In this document: positions 28,630 to 44,913 of the stretch, piece by piece
Layout: every line of letters begins with the position of its first letter
Numbering within the stretch: position 1 is the first letter of the stretch
NCBI GenBank assembly: GCA_001643675.2
Contig: LSRY02000023.1
Location: forward strand, 496,001 to 560,000
Reading direction: 5' to 3'
DNA: 64,000 nt
DNA from: Monocercomonoides exilis PA203
Taxonomy: Eukaryota > Protista > Preaxostyla
Notes under the pieces: model-generated
Seen by the model: the letters and a program-made list of their open reading frames with translations, nothing else
What the model was told of the DNA's origin: nothing
Databases searched by the model: none
Made by a program: the position numbers and the translations under genes

Positions 28630-30096
28630 GTTGAAATCATTTTGCGATTTTACAGTCACCTTCAAAAACACAAACGTTTCTGGGTTTGTAAAATGTTATT
28701 AGAAATAGTTGGTTTAAATAATAAATGCTTTTTTTTTCTTTTTAGATTTTTTCACTATTTTTAGTGAAACTTTCACAGTTGGAACAATTCTCAGAAGCAG
28801 AACAGAAGCAGAAAATTGAAGAAATGAATGAAATAGTTGATGGAATGAATAAAGAAGAATTCAAATCAATTTTCAACGAAGAAACATTCAACAAAATAGA
28901 AAAAATGATTGAAGAAAGGAAAATGTTAATGGAAAATGCTTTTTACTTGCTGAAGCGCATTGGATGTTGCATCAAGCTGAAAAATGTATGGAATCTATCC
29001 TTAATAAGATCTTCTCTGGGCAAAAGATTGCATAAGATGATTATTGAAGAAGAAAAAAAGGAAAAAGATAACAATCATCTTCTTATTGACTTCTGCGAAT
29101 GTTATCTTTTGTTTTACAGCGGAATTCCACCTTTGAAATTGATTTCAACCTGTGTACCATGCCTTCTGAAAGCTTCATTGAGCAGAGAGGAAAACGAGGA
29201 GACACAAAAAGAAGTGGAAATTGCCTTGCTGGCTTTGAGCTAAATGGGATTTTGTGTATGAACATTGTTATTTCATTTTTATTATGTTTGCTTTTTTCAC
29301 ACTTATTTCAAATTAGTTTATCGAACGAGAACTGTATTAGAAGGAAATTACAGAAATCATCAAACATCAACAGAAACACAGAAATCTTACGCATCTGGCC
29401 TATCAATTTGCTTGGCTTTATTTTATAAACAGAATCTTCCATGATGACAGCTTGTAATGTTTTATTATGAATGAGCTGCATTTCGGAAGAGAGGTGAGAA
29501 GGGAATTGGAAGAGCTGATGAAATGCATCGATTGGAATAGAAAAGAAGAAGAAAATGGAAAAAGAAGAAGAGGAAGAGAAACGAACGAAGAGCTTTCATT
29601 GAAGAGATGGGTTGCTACAGTAGTGATTTATTTTCTCAGTAGCCGATTGAAGAATGAAGAAAATGTGGTGCTGATCAAAAACATTGTCCAGGTTCATCGA
29701 GCAGCAAAAGGGGATGATCGCAGAGGGATTCGCAGAGAATGTGTATATGTGTTTCAAGCAGCAGCAAAAAATAAAGATGTGAAAACTTATAACTTTTTGA
29801 AAAGCGGAACTATTGGACTCCATTTGGAGGAGATACAGCAGTCAACGTTAAATTTCAATTTGATGTTTCATTGCTTGCAATTCTTTACGAATGTTTAAAG
29901 ACGATTGAAAGAAAAGAAGGAAGATGATAAGGAAGAAGAGGAAAGAAAGTCAACGAAAAGGAAGGTTTTTGAAAAGATGGAAGAAGAAGGATACGAAGAT
30001 ATCATCACAACTTTCAATGAAACTGTATTTTTTTTCTAAGAAAAATATTTTTGTGTATTGTTATTGAATATTTCCGATAATTTTGTGAATATCTGA
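28630..30096 (+). pseudogene. EEEGYED-family copy 3 (cargo of the TIR element)
   Basis: DFCECY, KEVEIALLALS*, RNLTHLAY, KMEEEGYED; premature TAA at ~29241, 29455, 29896 and 30037; intron-like segments retained. Confidence 0.8.
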
Positions 30097-30569
30097 AGAA
30101 GAAAGAGGAATTTCATTTTGTAACTCAAATATCTGATGAAGTGTGAAATAACAAACCAGTGTTTTTTTTATACTCCATTATTTTCCTTTATTAAATTTCA
30201 GTTTTGAAAGTCCAGATTTTTTTTGAATTGGATGAGTTTTTCTTTTATTTGATTGTTTTTTAGAAGCGGTTAATTTTTCTTTTTTCCATAAAACAAAAAA
30301 TTACGACAGGATTGATTCTTTCTCTATCTATTCTTTTTTCATTTCTTTTTTTTTAAAAGATTCCTTTTTTTCAAATGTTCATTTTTCATAATAATTTTTG
30401 ATATTTTTTGAGAAAACACTTTCATCTATTTTGCAAATCACAGTTCTTTTATTTTTCGAGTGAATATGACTTTAACACGAATAATTACAAAATGGAAATA
30501 TTAAATGATGGAGTGTGTATTTATTGATAAAAATTAGAAATATAGAAAAAAAAAATCCGAATAATTCTT

Positions 30570-30990
30570 ATCAAATTAGAGATTCCAAATATTTCTCGAC
30601 TAATGTTATGGTCCAACCCGATGATACAACCTTCGTTCTTTTATTCTTCCATCCATCACATGTCTTCTTTTTGGATGTCTTTCTTTTCACTTCTTCCATC
30701 TTATTATCTCCTTCTTTCAATCTTCTTTAAACGAACATCTCAAATTACGTTCGCACTTGTGCAATTTTGTCCTTCAACGCTGGTCGCTCAATTTCATCCA
30801 AAACTGCGTCAACTGCTCCATTTTCCAAATGTCTCCAGCTTTCCCAGCTCTGCTTTCTGTTGTTTTTCTCAATGCATAAACACAGTCCTTCTTAATTTCT
30901 CTGTGATTATCTACTGATGCCCGATTCAAATGAACAATGCTGTTAATTTGCAGAGCGGATTCATCGTTCAACTATTTAAGCTATATAAAA
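30570..30990 (-). pseudogene. EEEGYED-family 3' fragment, copy 4 (cargo, convergent with copy 3)
   Basis: INSIVHLNRASVDNHREIKKDCVYAL and KEGDNKMEEVKRK...CIIGL match the C-terminal part of the other copies; frameshifted. Confidence 0.65.
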
Positions 30991-31910
30991 GATAATCGAT
31001 TTTAATTCGAAACAAATAACATCAAAGTTCGAAGAGTGTTTATTTCGAACAATAAACCAATTTTTCAAACCTGTATAAAACAAGAAAAAGTTATGGGACA
31101 GATCAAAAGAAAAATGGAAAGTTGAAAAAACACTTTTTCGACAAAAATGACTAATTTTAAATTAATTAATATTCCATTTTGTTTCGTTATAAATATATAA
31201 AATATTTTTTATCGATGGTCCATATACTTGTAACTTGCTATTATTTTTTTTTATCATTAATAATTTTAATTGTTATTTTGTTTTAAAATAAAAATGTGTT
31301 TTATTGAATGATTTAATTTTTTTTTTAGATGAAAAAGAGTTTCAAACAGCAGAAAGCTGGCTTTTAAGCCACAGTTCATGCAGCTGTGAAAACTCAAGAA
31401 GAATAAAAACAAGTTTGATTTTTATTTAAGTTTTTTTCTATTAATTTTTTTTAATTATCATAAATTATTGTTTTTGTTGAACTTTCAAATATTTATTTAA
31501 GCTCACAATATTACAGAAAAACAAAATGCAGAAGTTGAGAAGCGATGTTGTGATGTATGTTTAAAAAAAAATAAAAAAGAAGAATTAGAAAAAGAAAACA
31601 CAGAAAATAAAAAACAAAATGAAATGAAAAAAATAAAAGAAAACACAAACAATGAAAAAACAGAAACAAAAAAAAAAGAAAGAAGTATTAAATACAAAAG
31701 ATAAAAAGATAATTAAAGAAAATAATAATGAAAATAAAAAAGAAAATAAAATATTAAAAGAAAAATTAATAAATGATAATATAATACACAAAAAAAATAT
31801 CAAATATTATTTTAAAAAATTTAATCCAAAAAAGCAAATATGAAATTTCCAACTCACCCAAATTAAAAAATTACACAATATCATCTAATTTTATCAATGA
31901 AAGCTACAAG

Positions 31911-32965
31911 GCTGCATTGCTGAGTGCTGGGGGGAGCGTTGGGGCTGCATCGCTGAGTGCTGGGGGGAGCGTTGGGGCTGCATCGCTGAGTGCTGGGGGG
32001 AGTGTTGGGGCTGCATTGCTGAGTGCTGGGGGGAGTGTTGGGGCTGCATTGCTGAGTGCTGGGGGGAGCGTTGGGGCTGCATTGCTGAGTGCTGGGGGGA
32101 GCGTTGGGGCTGCATCGCTGAGTGCTGGGGGGAGTGTTGGGGCTGCATTGCTGAGTGCTGGGGGGAGCGTTGGGGCTGCATTGCTGAGTGCTGGGGGGAG
32201 CGTTGGGGCTGCATCGCTGAGTGCTGGGGGGAGCGTTGGGGCTGCATCGCTGAGTGCTGGGGGGAGTGTTGGGGCTGCATTGCTGAGTGCTGGGGGGAGC
32301 GTTGGGGCTGCATTGCTGAGTGCTGGGGGGAGCGTTGGGGCTGCATTGCTGAGTGCTGGGGGGAGCGTTGGGGCTGCATCGCTGAGTGCTGGGGGGAGCG
32401 TTGGGGCTGCATTGCTGAGTGCTGGGGGGAGCGTTGGGGCTGCATCGCTGAGTGCTGGGGGGAGCGTTGGGGCTGCATTGCTGAGTGCTGGGGGGAGCGT
32501 TGGGGCTGCATTGCTGAGTGCTGGGGGGAGCGTTGGGGCTGCATTGCTGAGTGCTGGGGGGAGCGTTGGGGCTGCATTGCTGAGTGCTGGGGGGAGCGTT
32601 GGGGCTGCATTGCTGAGTGCTGGGGGGAGCGTTGGGGCTGCATTGCTGAGTGCTGGGGGGAGCGTTGGGGCTGCATTGCTGAGTGCTGGGGGGAGCGTTG
32701 GGGCTGCATCGCTGAGTGCTGGGGGGAGTGTTGGGGCTGCATCGCTGAGTGCTGGGGGGAGTGTTGGGGCTGCATTGCTGAGTGCTGGGGGGAGCGTTGG
32801 GGCTGCATCGCTGAGTGCTGGGGGGAGCGTTGGGGCTGCATTGCTGAGTGCTGGGGGGAGCGTTGGGGCTGCATTGCTGAGTGCTGGGGGGAGCGTTGGG
32901 GCTGCATCGCTGAGTGCTGGGGGGAGCGTTGGGGCTGCATCGCTGAGTGCTGGGGGTAGTGTTGG
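31911..32965 (+). repeat. 33-bp GC-rich minisatellite, 32 units: GCTGCATYGCTGAGTGCTGGGGGGAGYGTTGGG
   Basis: Units start at 31911+33n through 32934; two recurrent variable positions; 11-aa repeats in the ORF track. Confidence 0.97.
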
Positions 32966-34678
32966 AATGTTGACCAAAATAAATACAAATGTTATAATAA
33001 ATGATTTTTACATTAAAATAGAGAAGAGAAAAAGAAAAAATAGAAAAGACAAATTAGAAAATATTGAAATAAATAAGAAAAATGAAGAATATTAAAATTA
33101 TGATGAACTTGAAATAAGAAAAAAAAATAAATATTGTCTTAAAGAAAAAAATGATACTAAAAAATATTCATATATAGAAAATAATAACAATAATACAATT
33201 TTTTTTTATAATAACTTTTCAAGAAACAAATTTTCTTTACAAAATTTTTATTCAAATATAACCTTTTGTAATATTAACATTTACAATTTTTCCTTCGACG
33301 GGTCCGATGCAACAAGCTGTGAAGCTGCTAGCGAAGGTGGTGCTGATAGTTGTGAAGCTGCGAGCGGGGCAGGTTCAGATGGATTTGGTGCAGCGAGCTG
33401 GGCAGACTTGTTTGGATCTGGAGTTTCAGGGGACGATTGTGGGCTTGGAGCTGGAGGTTTGAGGGATGATTGTGGGCTTGGAGCTAGAGTTGTTATAGAA
33501 AAAGAATTGAATGATGGAGAAGGAATTGAAATGGAAGAAGAGTTGAATAATGGAGAAGGAATTGAAATGGAGGAAGAGTTGGATGGAGGAGAAGGTGGAA
33601 TGGAGGAAGAGTTGGATGGAGGGAGTGATGAAGGAAATGTTGAAGGAAATTCAGAAAATAGTATATGTTTGTTGAAAAATATGAAAAGAAAAAGAAAAGG
33701 CTTTGGAGTTTTTTCTCCAAATGAAAAAAGATTAATTGAAAAAACAAAAAAAGATTTATTTTTTGAAATGAAGAAAGAAGTGGAAGTCAAAATGTCCTAT
33801 TCGACATTTTGCAAGAAAACAAAAAATTTTATAAAATCAAAGAAAAGGACTGATTTATGTGAAATCTGTGAAAGAGGAAAATATTTAGAAAAGAAAAAAT
33901 TAGAAATAGAAAGAAAAGGACTTGAATTGGGCCAAACTGAAGATGATGAATTGAATTTAATAATTCATCATCGAAAAATGGCCCAACATCAAAGAAACTT
34001 TTTTTTTGAAAAAAAAGAAAATTTAAAAAAAAATGAAGTTATTGTTTTAATGGATTTTAAAGAAAATTGGTGTTTGCCTATTTCTAATAATGAGACTGGA
34101 AAATCATTTTTTAATAAGAAACAAATTTCTCATTTGTGTTTTGTGGTTTTTTACGTTGATAATTTTTGTATTTTGAAAAAGTGTTGTTTTAATTATTTTT
34201 CAGAAATTTTATCACATGATTATCGTTTTGTATGTGAATGTTTGAAACAACTTTTGCAATTTGATATTTTTTTTAATGTTGATTCTTTTAACTTTTTTTG
34301 CGACAATGGGCCGCATTTTCGAAATTCTCATGTTTTAAATTTAATATTTTCAGATAATTCTTTTTTGTTTAAAAATAAACATTGTTCACTTTCATTTTTT
34401 GCTGAACATCACGGAAAAAATGAATGTGATAGTGAGTTTGGTTTTTTAACAAATTTAATTAATAATAAACTTGGCAATAGAGTTTTGAATAATATTTTTG
34501 ATTTAATTGATTTTTTTTGTTATAATTGTAATTCTTATTTATTTAACACAAATTCTGTTAATTCATCTTTTTTCATTTCTGATTCTTTAAATAGTAACTT
34601 TAATTATTCTTCTAATATTTTTTCATCTTTTCTAAATCAGGTTAAAAAGAATAATGTCACGAAGCATTATTTTTTAAG

Positions 34679-37598
<2,920 letters not shown>

Positions 37599-39225
37599 TC
37601 ACAAAGAATTAAAAGAAACAAACTGGAATGAAATGAAAATAAAAGGTATGAAAAATTATTTGTTATTTAAAAAAGATTCAGGGAAACTTCTCGTTTCGCC
37701 GCTCAGCTGCGAAAATAGCTCAGGTTTGTTCGAAATTGAATATAAAATTATGAAAAAATTAGAAACAAAAAAAAGAAAAGTTTTTGAAAGAAACGATAAT
37801 AAAAAAATGATATTTTTATTTCAGAAAAAGGAAAATTTGGAAAAGGTGTGAAGAAAGTTATTGAAAATAGAATGAAATTTTTAAATGTGCATCAAGAAAA
37901 AGATTTTTTAAATTTGAATAATAATTTTTATAATAATTCGAATAATTCTTCAGATTCAAATAGCTTGACAAGTGAAACAGGTATGTCACAGGTGTGTAAT
38001 TCAAATTCTGAAAATTCAATTTTTGATTCATTTTTTGATAATTATTCTTTTAATAATTCTATTGAAAATTCTTTTTATAATAAAAATCCTTTTTTTAGCA
38101 AATTTTCATTGTATAATTTGAAAAATAGGTATGAAGGTATGTTTTTTTTTTTTTTTTTTTTTTTTTTGACTATTGAAAGTGATTGACAAGAATTTTTGTA
38201 ATAAACAAACTATTAAATTATTTAGTATTTAATTTCAATTTTATTCATTATTTTTTATTTTTAATTTATTTTTTTAATTTAACTAACTAATTAATAAATA
38301 AAAAATAAAAGTTTAATTAACTAAGAAATAATAAATATTTGTTTATGCTTATCCAATGAAACCGAATTTTATTCGGTTGAGGACTAGACTGATTCGATCC
38401 TGTTGCTTTATAATTTCTTAATGATAGAGTTACTTGCAGGACTTGGGTCCAGAATCAGTTTCCCAGGTAAATAAATGTTTTTTATTATTATTTTTGAAAA
38501 AAAAAGTTTAAAAAAATATTCAGTGAATTATTAATTTAATGTAGAAATTATTGTCGAAATTACGGGTGGAACAAAATTTGGAAAAAGAAAATTTCGCCCC
38601 ATATTTCTTAGTATGTGTTATTTTTAATAGAAAATATATTTTTTTATTCAAATTTTCAAATGGAACTTTTGTCAGAAAAACTTTGAATTTTTGCATTGCT
38701 TTTATTCATGAATTTATGCACTTTGCGTTCAATCTTTAATCTTCGATATTTATTTCGAAAACTTTTTCGAACTTATTCATTTTTATGATTTCATAAATAT
38801 TCAAAATGTTGCAATGGTTAATGAAACTTAAATTTTAAATAAAAAATATGGACAGTGAGTGCTGTGTGATATTTTCTCCATTAGTGAACTAGTTGTTGTT
38901 TATTTCAATTAATAATATTTTTTATGAATTGAAAATATGTAATCGCATAAAACTTTGGACACGTAAAAATTGAAATTAATTCAATAATCCATGGACAATA
39001 ATAAATCGATTGAAACCAAATTGCAAACTTTTTTATTCATAATTATTTATCACTTTTTTAGAATTTTATATTCAGATATGGGAAAATGAGATTTTAAAAG
39101 TGTATTTTTTTAAAAATTACGCTTTTGTGAATGCTAAAAAGGTATTTGTTTAAAATAATATTAGCACTTTAATTTATTTATGATAATGATTTAGTGATTG
39201 TTATTTTATATCGAATCAAATTTGA

Positions 39226-41076
39226 TTGAGAATGATTTCATCAGAAAAAGTTAGTTCGACTCAAGAAACTTCAAATCACCGGGATAACTTTTCAGAAAAT
39301 AAAGAATACATATTGGAACTTGAACGAGCTACAGAAAAGCGTCTTGTAAAAGAAAAAAATGACAAAACAGCAATTGAAGATTTAATTCAAAAGGAAAAGT
39401 TCTCAAATTCACCAAAAGAAGTTCGAAATAAACGAAATATTCCAAAGAAGATACATTTTACAAAAGATAGCAACGAATCTGACAAGCATCAAGCGAATAA
39501 TAATGAAATTTCAACTTCAAAGAATTTTTTGCCAAGTGTCGTTGAAACAAATTTCTCTAAACGTCGATCCCTTTTCCATTCACCAATTTTTATCTATCCG
39601 CAAGATTTGTTTCTGGAAAAATCAGAAAAGTACGATGCGTCAGAAAAGAATCAAAGTGAGAAAAACATGGAACATATTGATTTAACACAAACTCATTCTA
39701 TAGTGGTTCAAAAGAATGAAAGCAAGTTGCAATTAATAAGGCAGTTCATTTTAAAAGGTATTGAAGAAGCAAGGGTAGTATTTGACTCGTTGAAAGCTCG
39801 TCTGCATGAGGTGAATCATCAACTTGAAAATGTCAGTACATTCCGTGTTTTCAGAGAGCAAGAAAGAAATACATTAAAAACAGCTGGACTTTGGCATTTA
39901 AAATCAAATCTGGGAAGGGTCATGCCAACGGGGTTCATGAAGAATAAAGAAGATAACATATTGAAAAGAGATCAGATAGAAAGAGATAACTTGATGCTGC
40001 TATCAAGACGTCTTTCTTTAGCTTGCGCGTTTTTTATAATGAAATGGAATGCAACGATGAGCAGAATGAGAGGAAAGATGCTTCGTGAGTATCAATTTCA
40101 AATGGCAAAAGGACTTATTGCGAATATTTTTAAAGAATGGAAGAAAAGAAGTAAAGAGAAAAGAATTAATAATCATAGAAGAGAAATGTTGATTGCACGT
40201 TTCAGAAATAAAACCGAAGAGGAAGCAAAAGAACAGGCATTTCAGATTTGGAAGGGATATACAGACGAAAGGATGAAGAAGAAATCTCTTATCGCCTGTG
40301 CTGTGCTATTCTTCAAAGACAAACAAAAAGAAAGATATTTTGGCATATTGAAAAAATATGTCCAAAGAAAAAAACGAAAAAGAAATAAAATGAAAGCTGC
40401 CGATGAAAATCTGCGTTTGCATCGAATGGGCTCCATTTTTACTGCTTGGAGAGAAATAAACAAAAGAAAAAAGCAAATCATCGAAAATGTATTCAATGCT
40501 AACAAAGAAAAATTAATAAGCACGGATGAAATAACTGATAAATATGAAATAGGAACACAAACAGAGCCAATAGACAACTGGCGGAGAAGCAAAGAAGAGA
40601 AGTCAATGTCTAACTCACCATTATTAAGCAAAGATGACTCAAACACAAATTTCAAAAGCTCTTCTGTGATGTCATCTTCCTCTTTTTTGTCGCCTCCTTC
40701 TTATTCTCCGCCTTCACTTCATTTTCATTCACCTTCTCCTTCTCCTTCACCTTCACCTTCTCGTTCTCGCTCTCCTACATATTTTTCTTCTCTTTTAACT
40801 CTTCCGTCTCTTCCTCAGTCGCCTCAAGAACTTTCTGCCAATTCAATTTTATCACCTTCTCATTCCAATCTGAGCATTCCACTTCAACAGACGACTCATT
40901 CAGCTCATTCAGCTCATTCAATTCAGTCACCGTCTCATGTTTCATCTCACATTTCATCTCGCACATCGCTTCCTTCTTCTGGTTCTGCTATTAATTCAAC
41001 TCTGCCTGTGTCTTCAGATATGCTTTCTTCAACTTCTTCTTCCTCCTCTTCCTCTTCTTCCTCCTCTTCCTCTTCT

Positions 41077-41108
<32 letters not shown>

Positions 41109-44100
41109 ATCCTCTTCTTCTTCATTTTATGAATCGATTTCGTATGCCAAGCAAATATCAGAAAGAGAAAATTCTTCTCTAACAGAAGCAACCTTCACTC
41201 CAAATGAAAAAGCAGTGAAGAACCAAGCAATAAAAGGAAAAATTAAAGAAGAAGAAGAAGAAGAAGGAAATGAGTCGAGCATCGACAACAGCAGCATTCT
41301 TCTTCCGTCTTTATTGCAGTCTGCAAAGCATTCATCGCACAAGCCATCTTCATCACCAAAAAATTTGTTTATTTCATCTGCTTTTGCTTCTTCTGCTTCT
41401 TCTTCTGTTTTACAAACACCTCCACCAATTCATACCACCAGAAATCTTGCCAAAACCACAGCAACAATACCTCAACCACTCCTTTCTCAATCTTCAAGCC
41501 CATCTTCAACCCCGTCTTCACTTCAACTTTCTGACATTTCAACATTTCACAACACGCCAAAAGAGCAAATTATGAAAACCATTTCACAAATTCCGAACAA
41601 ACAACAATATCAACAGCAGCAGCAGCAATATCAACAGCAACAGCAAATCAATCACAATTTTGAAGGATCGTTTTTCCCTTCTCAGCGTTCTCATCTGTCA
41701 ACATCCACTTCAATTGAATACGTTCCTTCTTATGATTCTTATGATATGATGAACGATTCGCCGATTCATCTTCCTTCTTCATCTTCATCAGTTTCTTCTT
41801 CTTCTCCTCCTCTTTTTCCATTTTCTATTAAAGCTGATCAAAAATCAAAATACCCTGTCTCAAAAACTGAATGGCATCTGAAAAAAGATATTGTACAAAA
41901 GATTAATGAGATCCAGACAAACAAAAAGAGACTTATTTGTTGGATGTCTTTAAAACAAAGAATCGCTTCGATTGAGAAAAATGGAAGCAAAAGACTAAGA
42001 AAGACACAGAATTATATTTCTCCCGCGAAATCTTCAAAAAGTGAAATGAATTTTGGATCGCATCAGAATTTAAAGGAGTTGTGCTTCAATTTGCATCGCC
42101 AGCAAGCCGCAGTGAAAGTGCTTGGTGAATGGAAAATGAAGCTGCTGGAGGCACAGCTGATGACAAGTATCAACACTTGGAGGTTATTTTTGCTGATGAA
42201 GCAGACATTTTGCAAGTGGAAGGATCATTCAATGAGAATGAAAGAACTGGAGGCAGAAGTTATAGAGGCACAAAAGCATAAGCTCAGAAAAAGGATATTT
42301 TTATTGTGGAGAACAAAGGCGATGAATCAGAAGATTTCATTGAGTAGACATTTGGAAGGGAGAATAAAAGAAAGGACTTTTGAGCGGTGGAAGCAAGCCG
42401 TCCAATTTACAGTTTCAATGAAGAAAAGAAAGGATCTGCATATTTTGAAGCACAATTTTGATAAAAGAAGGGAAATGTTTTGTGAATGGAGACGAGTCAT
42501 TGCAAAAAGAAAGAGGCAAGCAGAAGAAGAAGAAGAGAGAAAAGCTAAGAAGAGAGAACTTAAAGCGATGTGCATTTCTTTAATGAAACGGAGAAACTTT
42601 CAAAAATGGATTGAATTGCTGTTGTTCAAAGAAAAGGAAAAAGAGGCAATTTTGTATGATGAAATGAACAAAAAAAGGAGATGTTTTGCAGCATTGAAAG
42701 AGAATTTTTTTAATTGCTTGGAGAAAAGCATACAACACTACGAAACTATGAAGATGAAGCAAGCATTCAACACGTGGAGATTGGCATCTGAAGAAAAGAA
42801 AAGCAGTGAATCAAAGAAATTGCACAAGGAAAGCAAAAAGAAAAATATGAATAAAGCAAAGCAAGGAAGAATTGAACAAAGCAGAGACAAAGAAGACAAA
42901 AAAAGCGGAAATGCCAATGAAATGCAACTCTCAAAAGCAAAAACATCAATAAAACCTACAAAGCAAAATGGAATCGATTCAGTTCATTCAACGAAAAGAG
43001 CACGAACTTCAAGCCTTCGAAAAGATGGAATAAAAAGAACAAAACTGCAAAATAAACCGAAGAAAAACAGCAATCTTGCCTATTTTGGTAACGAAATGCC
43101 TGAAGTGAAGAGAAGCAAAGACAAAATTGTTCGGTCTCGACCACAATCAAAGCCAATATGCAATGCTTCGCTAATACGATCGAGATCTCTGAGTCGAATA
43201 AGGGTTCCCACATACGAAATACCACAACTGCAAATTAAACGTTCTTTTTCAGCTTCTTCATTGCGCTCAAATGCAAATCGTGGAGCCAACAAAATAGAAC
43301 AAAGAAAACAAGTTTTTGAAAGGAATGCTTCAAAAAACCTGCCAAAAGTTTACAATTTTACACAAAAATTGCCAAAAAGAACAATTTTGTCTCTTTCAGA
43401 CATTTCAAACTTTAAGAAAAAGAAAGAAAATGATCAGAAAACATATCCAATATCAAACGCATTGCTTGGACAAAGCACACAAACATGCGATTTGCAGATA
43501 TTGAGATTTATCTGCAGCAGCAGAGCCAACATTTTGAAGAGGGCTTTCTGCAAATGGAAGGAATATACGCGAACAGTGATAATGAAAGAAATTGCTGAAA
43601 AGCTTGTGAATGAAGTGAGGAGGAAAAGACTGATGAGAAGGGGAATGAAAGGGATAGAAGAATGCTATCACAATCTCAAAGGCTCCTACACAGCAAATGA
43701 ACGGGAATTCGAAAAAGTTCATAATAACGGAGTCAATTCAGAAAGAGAACAACAGTTGCGCGATATTTCTGTTGAACAGCCTTTGCATTCTTCGTCAGTC
43801 ACGCTTCCTTCTCCACCACAGCTTCCACTTCTTCCGCCTCCTCCGCCTCCCCCTATGCATCTAAGCAACGCATCCTCAGCATCATTGTTGTCTTCTCCTT
43901 TCGATGCTTCAACTCTTCATCTCCATCCATCTTCTTGTTATCTTTCTTCAATTGACACTCCACCTTCTATTTCGCAGGCAGCAAAAGCTTCTTCTTCGAC
44001 TTCTTTATTGAACACAGCTCCAATTTTGCATTCTTCTTCGTTGCGTTCTCCTCCTTTGCACAAATCTAATGTGCCTTCCATTCATTCAATTGACTGTAGA

Positions 44101-44913
44101 GAACCTTCAAAACCTGAAGACATAATTGCAAGGAGAACGAAAATTGCACAGAATGAAAAAAGAAAGCCAACAGAAAGTTCGTTTCCAAAAGTAAAGCGGA
44201 AAAAATTTCAACTTACAAAAGGAAAGAAGCTTCTGACTTCGTCAAACAATAAAAATGTGAAAGGAAAAACTGACAAGCTTCAAATTGAAAAGCCTAAGGG
44301 GCAGTTGTATAAAAGTGATATTTCGAAAAGTGTTGGCTCAAAAACGTTAAAGAAAAGTCATCCATCGTCTCATGTAATTTTGCCTTCTTCTGTTCAAATG
44401 CCGTCTTCTTTTCAATCTTTTCATGACTCTTCACGAGAAGATGTAAAATTGCCAGCTCTTTCCAACAAAGTTTCATTCAACAAAGAGAAAATAAGCACAA
44501 ATGATTTTGCAAACAAAGAATACAATCCAAAAAGTAATTCGAAAGAAGTAATAAAGATTAAAACTTCAGATAATTTGGAGCTTTTAAGAAAAAGAGCTAA
44601 AGAACATTGCCGCTCTCTTTCACCTCCGCCTATCCGTCAGTTTTCAAGAAAAAAGGAAGTTGAACTGCGATTGAGAAAAAAGAAAAAGAAAGAAAAAGAA
44701 TCAGATCAGCAGTTTGGTGAAGATGAAATGAGAAGAAAAGAAGAGGAAGAAAGAAGCAGGAGTTATTGTTTGAAAGATGCTCATGAGATAAAAAAGAGGA
44801 TGTTATTTGTTCCAAAAGGAGTATTGTCAAACGACGTTAAATTAGATGCAAAGCAGTCGGTTGAAGAATTACTATTTATAGACAGGGAAATGCAAGAACG
44901 AATGGAAAAATGA
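39226..44913 (+). CDS. ~1,900-aa protein with Sfi1-like (centrin-binding type) F/L-x-x-W-[K/R] repeats and Ser/Pro-rich linkers
   Basis: Uninterrupted ORF with repeats IFKEWKK, AFQIWKG, IFTAWRE, VLGEWKM, TFCKWKD, IFLLWRT, TFERWKQ, MFCEWRR, NFQKWIE, AFNTWRL, AFCKWKE. Short upstream exons are possible. Confidence 0.75.

Larger units (their letters stand above)
28355..31238. mobile_element. Non-autonomous TIR element (Pack-MULE-like) carrying host gene copies
   Basis: 28356-28543 is the reverse complement of 31051-31238 (188 bp, no mismatch seen). Flanking direct repeat TATTATTTT at 28346-28354 and 31239-31247. Confidence 0.85.

Noticed and set aside
31911-32965. CRISPR array or telomeric repeat
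   Set aside because: Units are head-to-tail with no unique spacers, there are no cas genes, and the unit is not a short telomeric motif.
38440-38475. U1 snRNA (minus-strand ATTTACCTGG)
   Set aside because: No U1-70K or U1A loop motifs follow; it is just the complement of a donor-like site.
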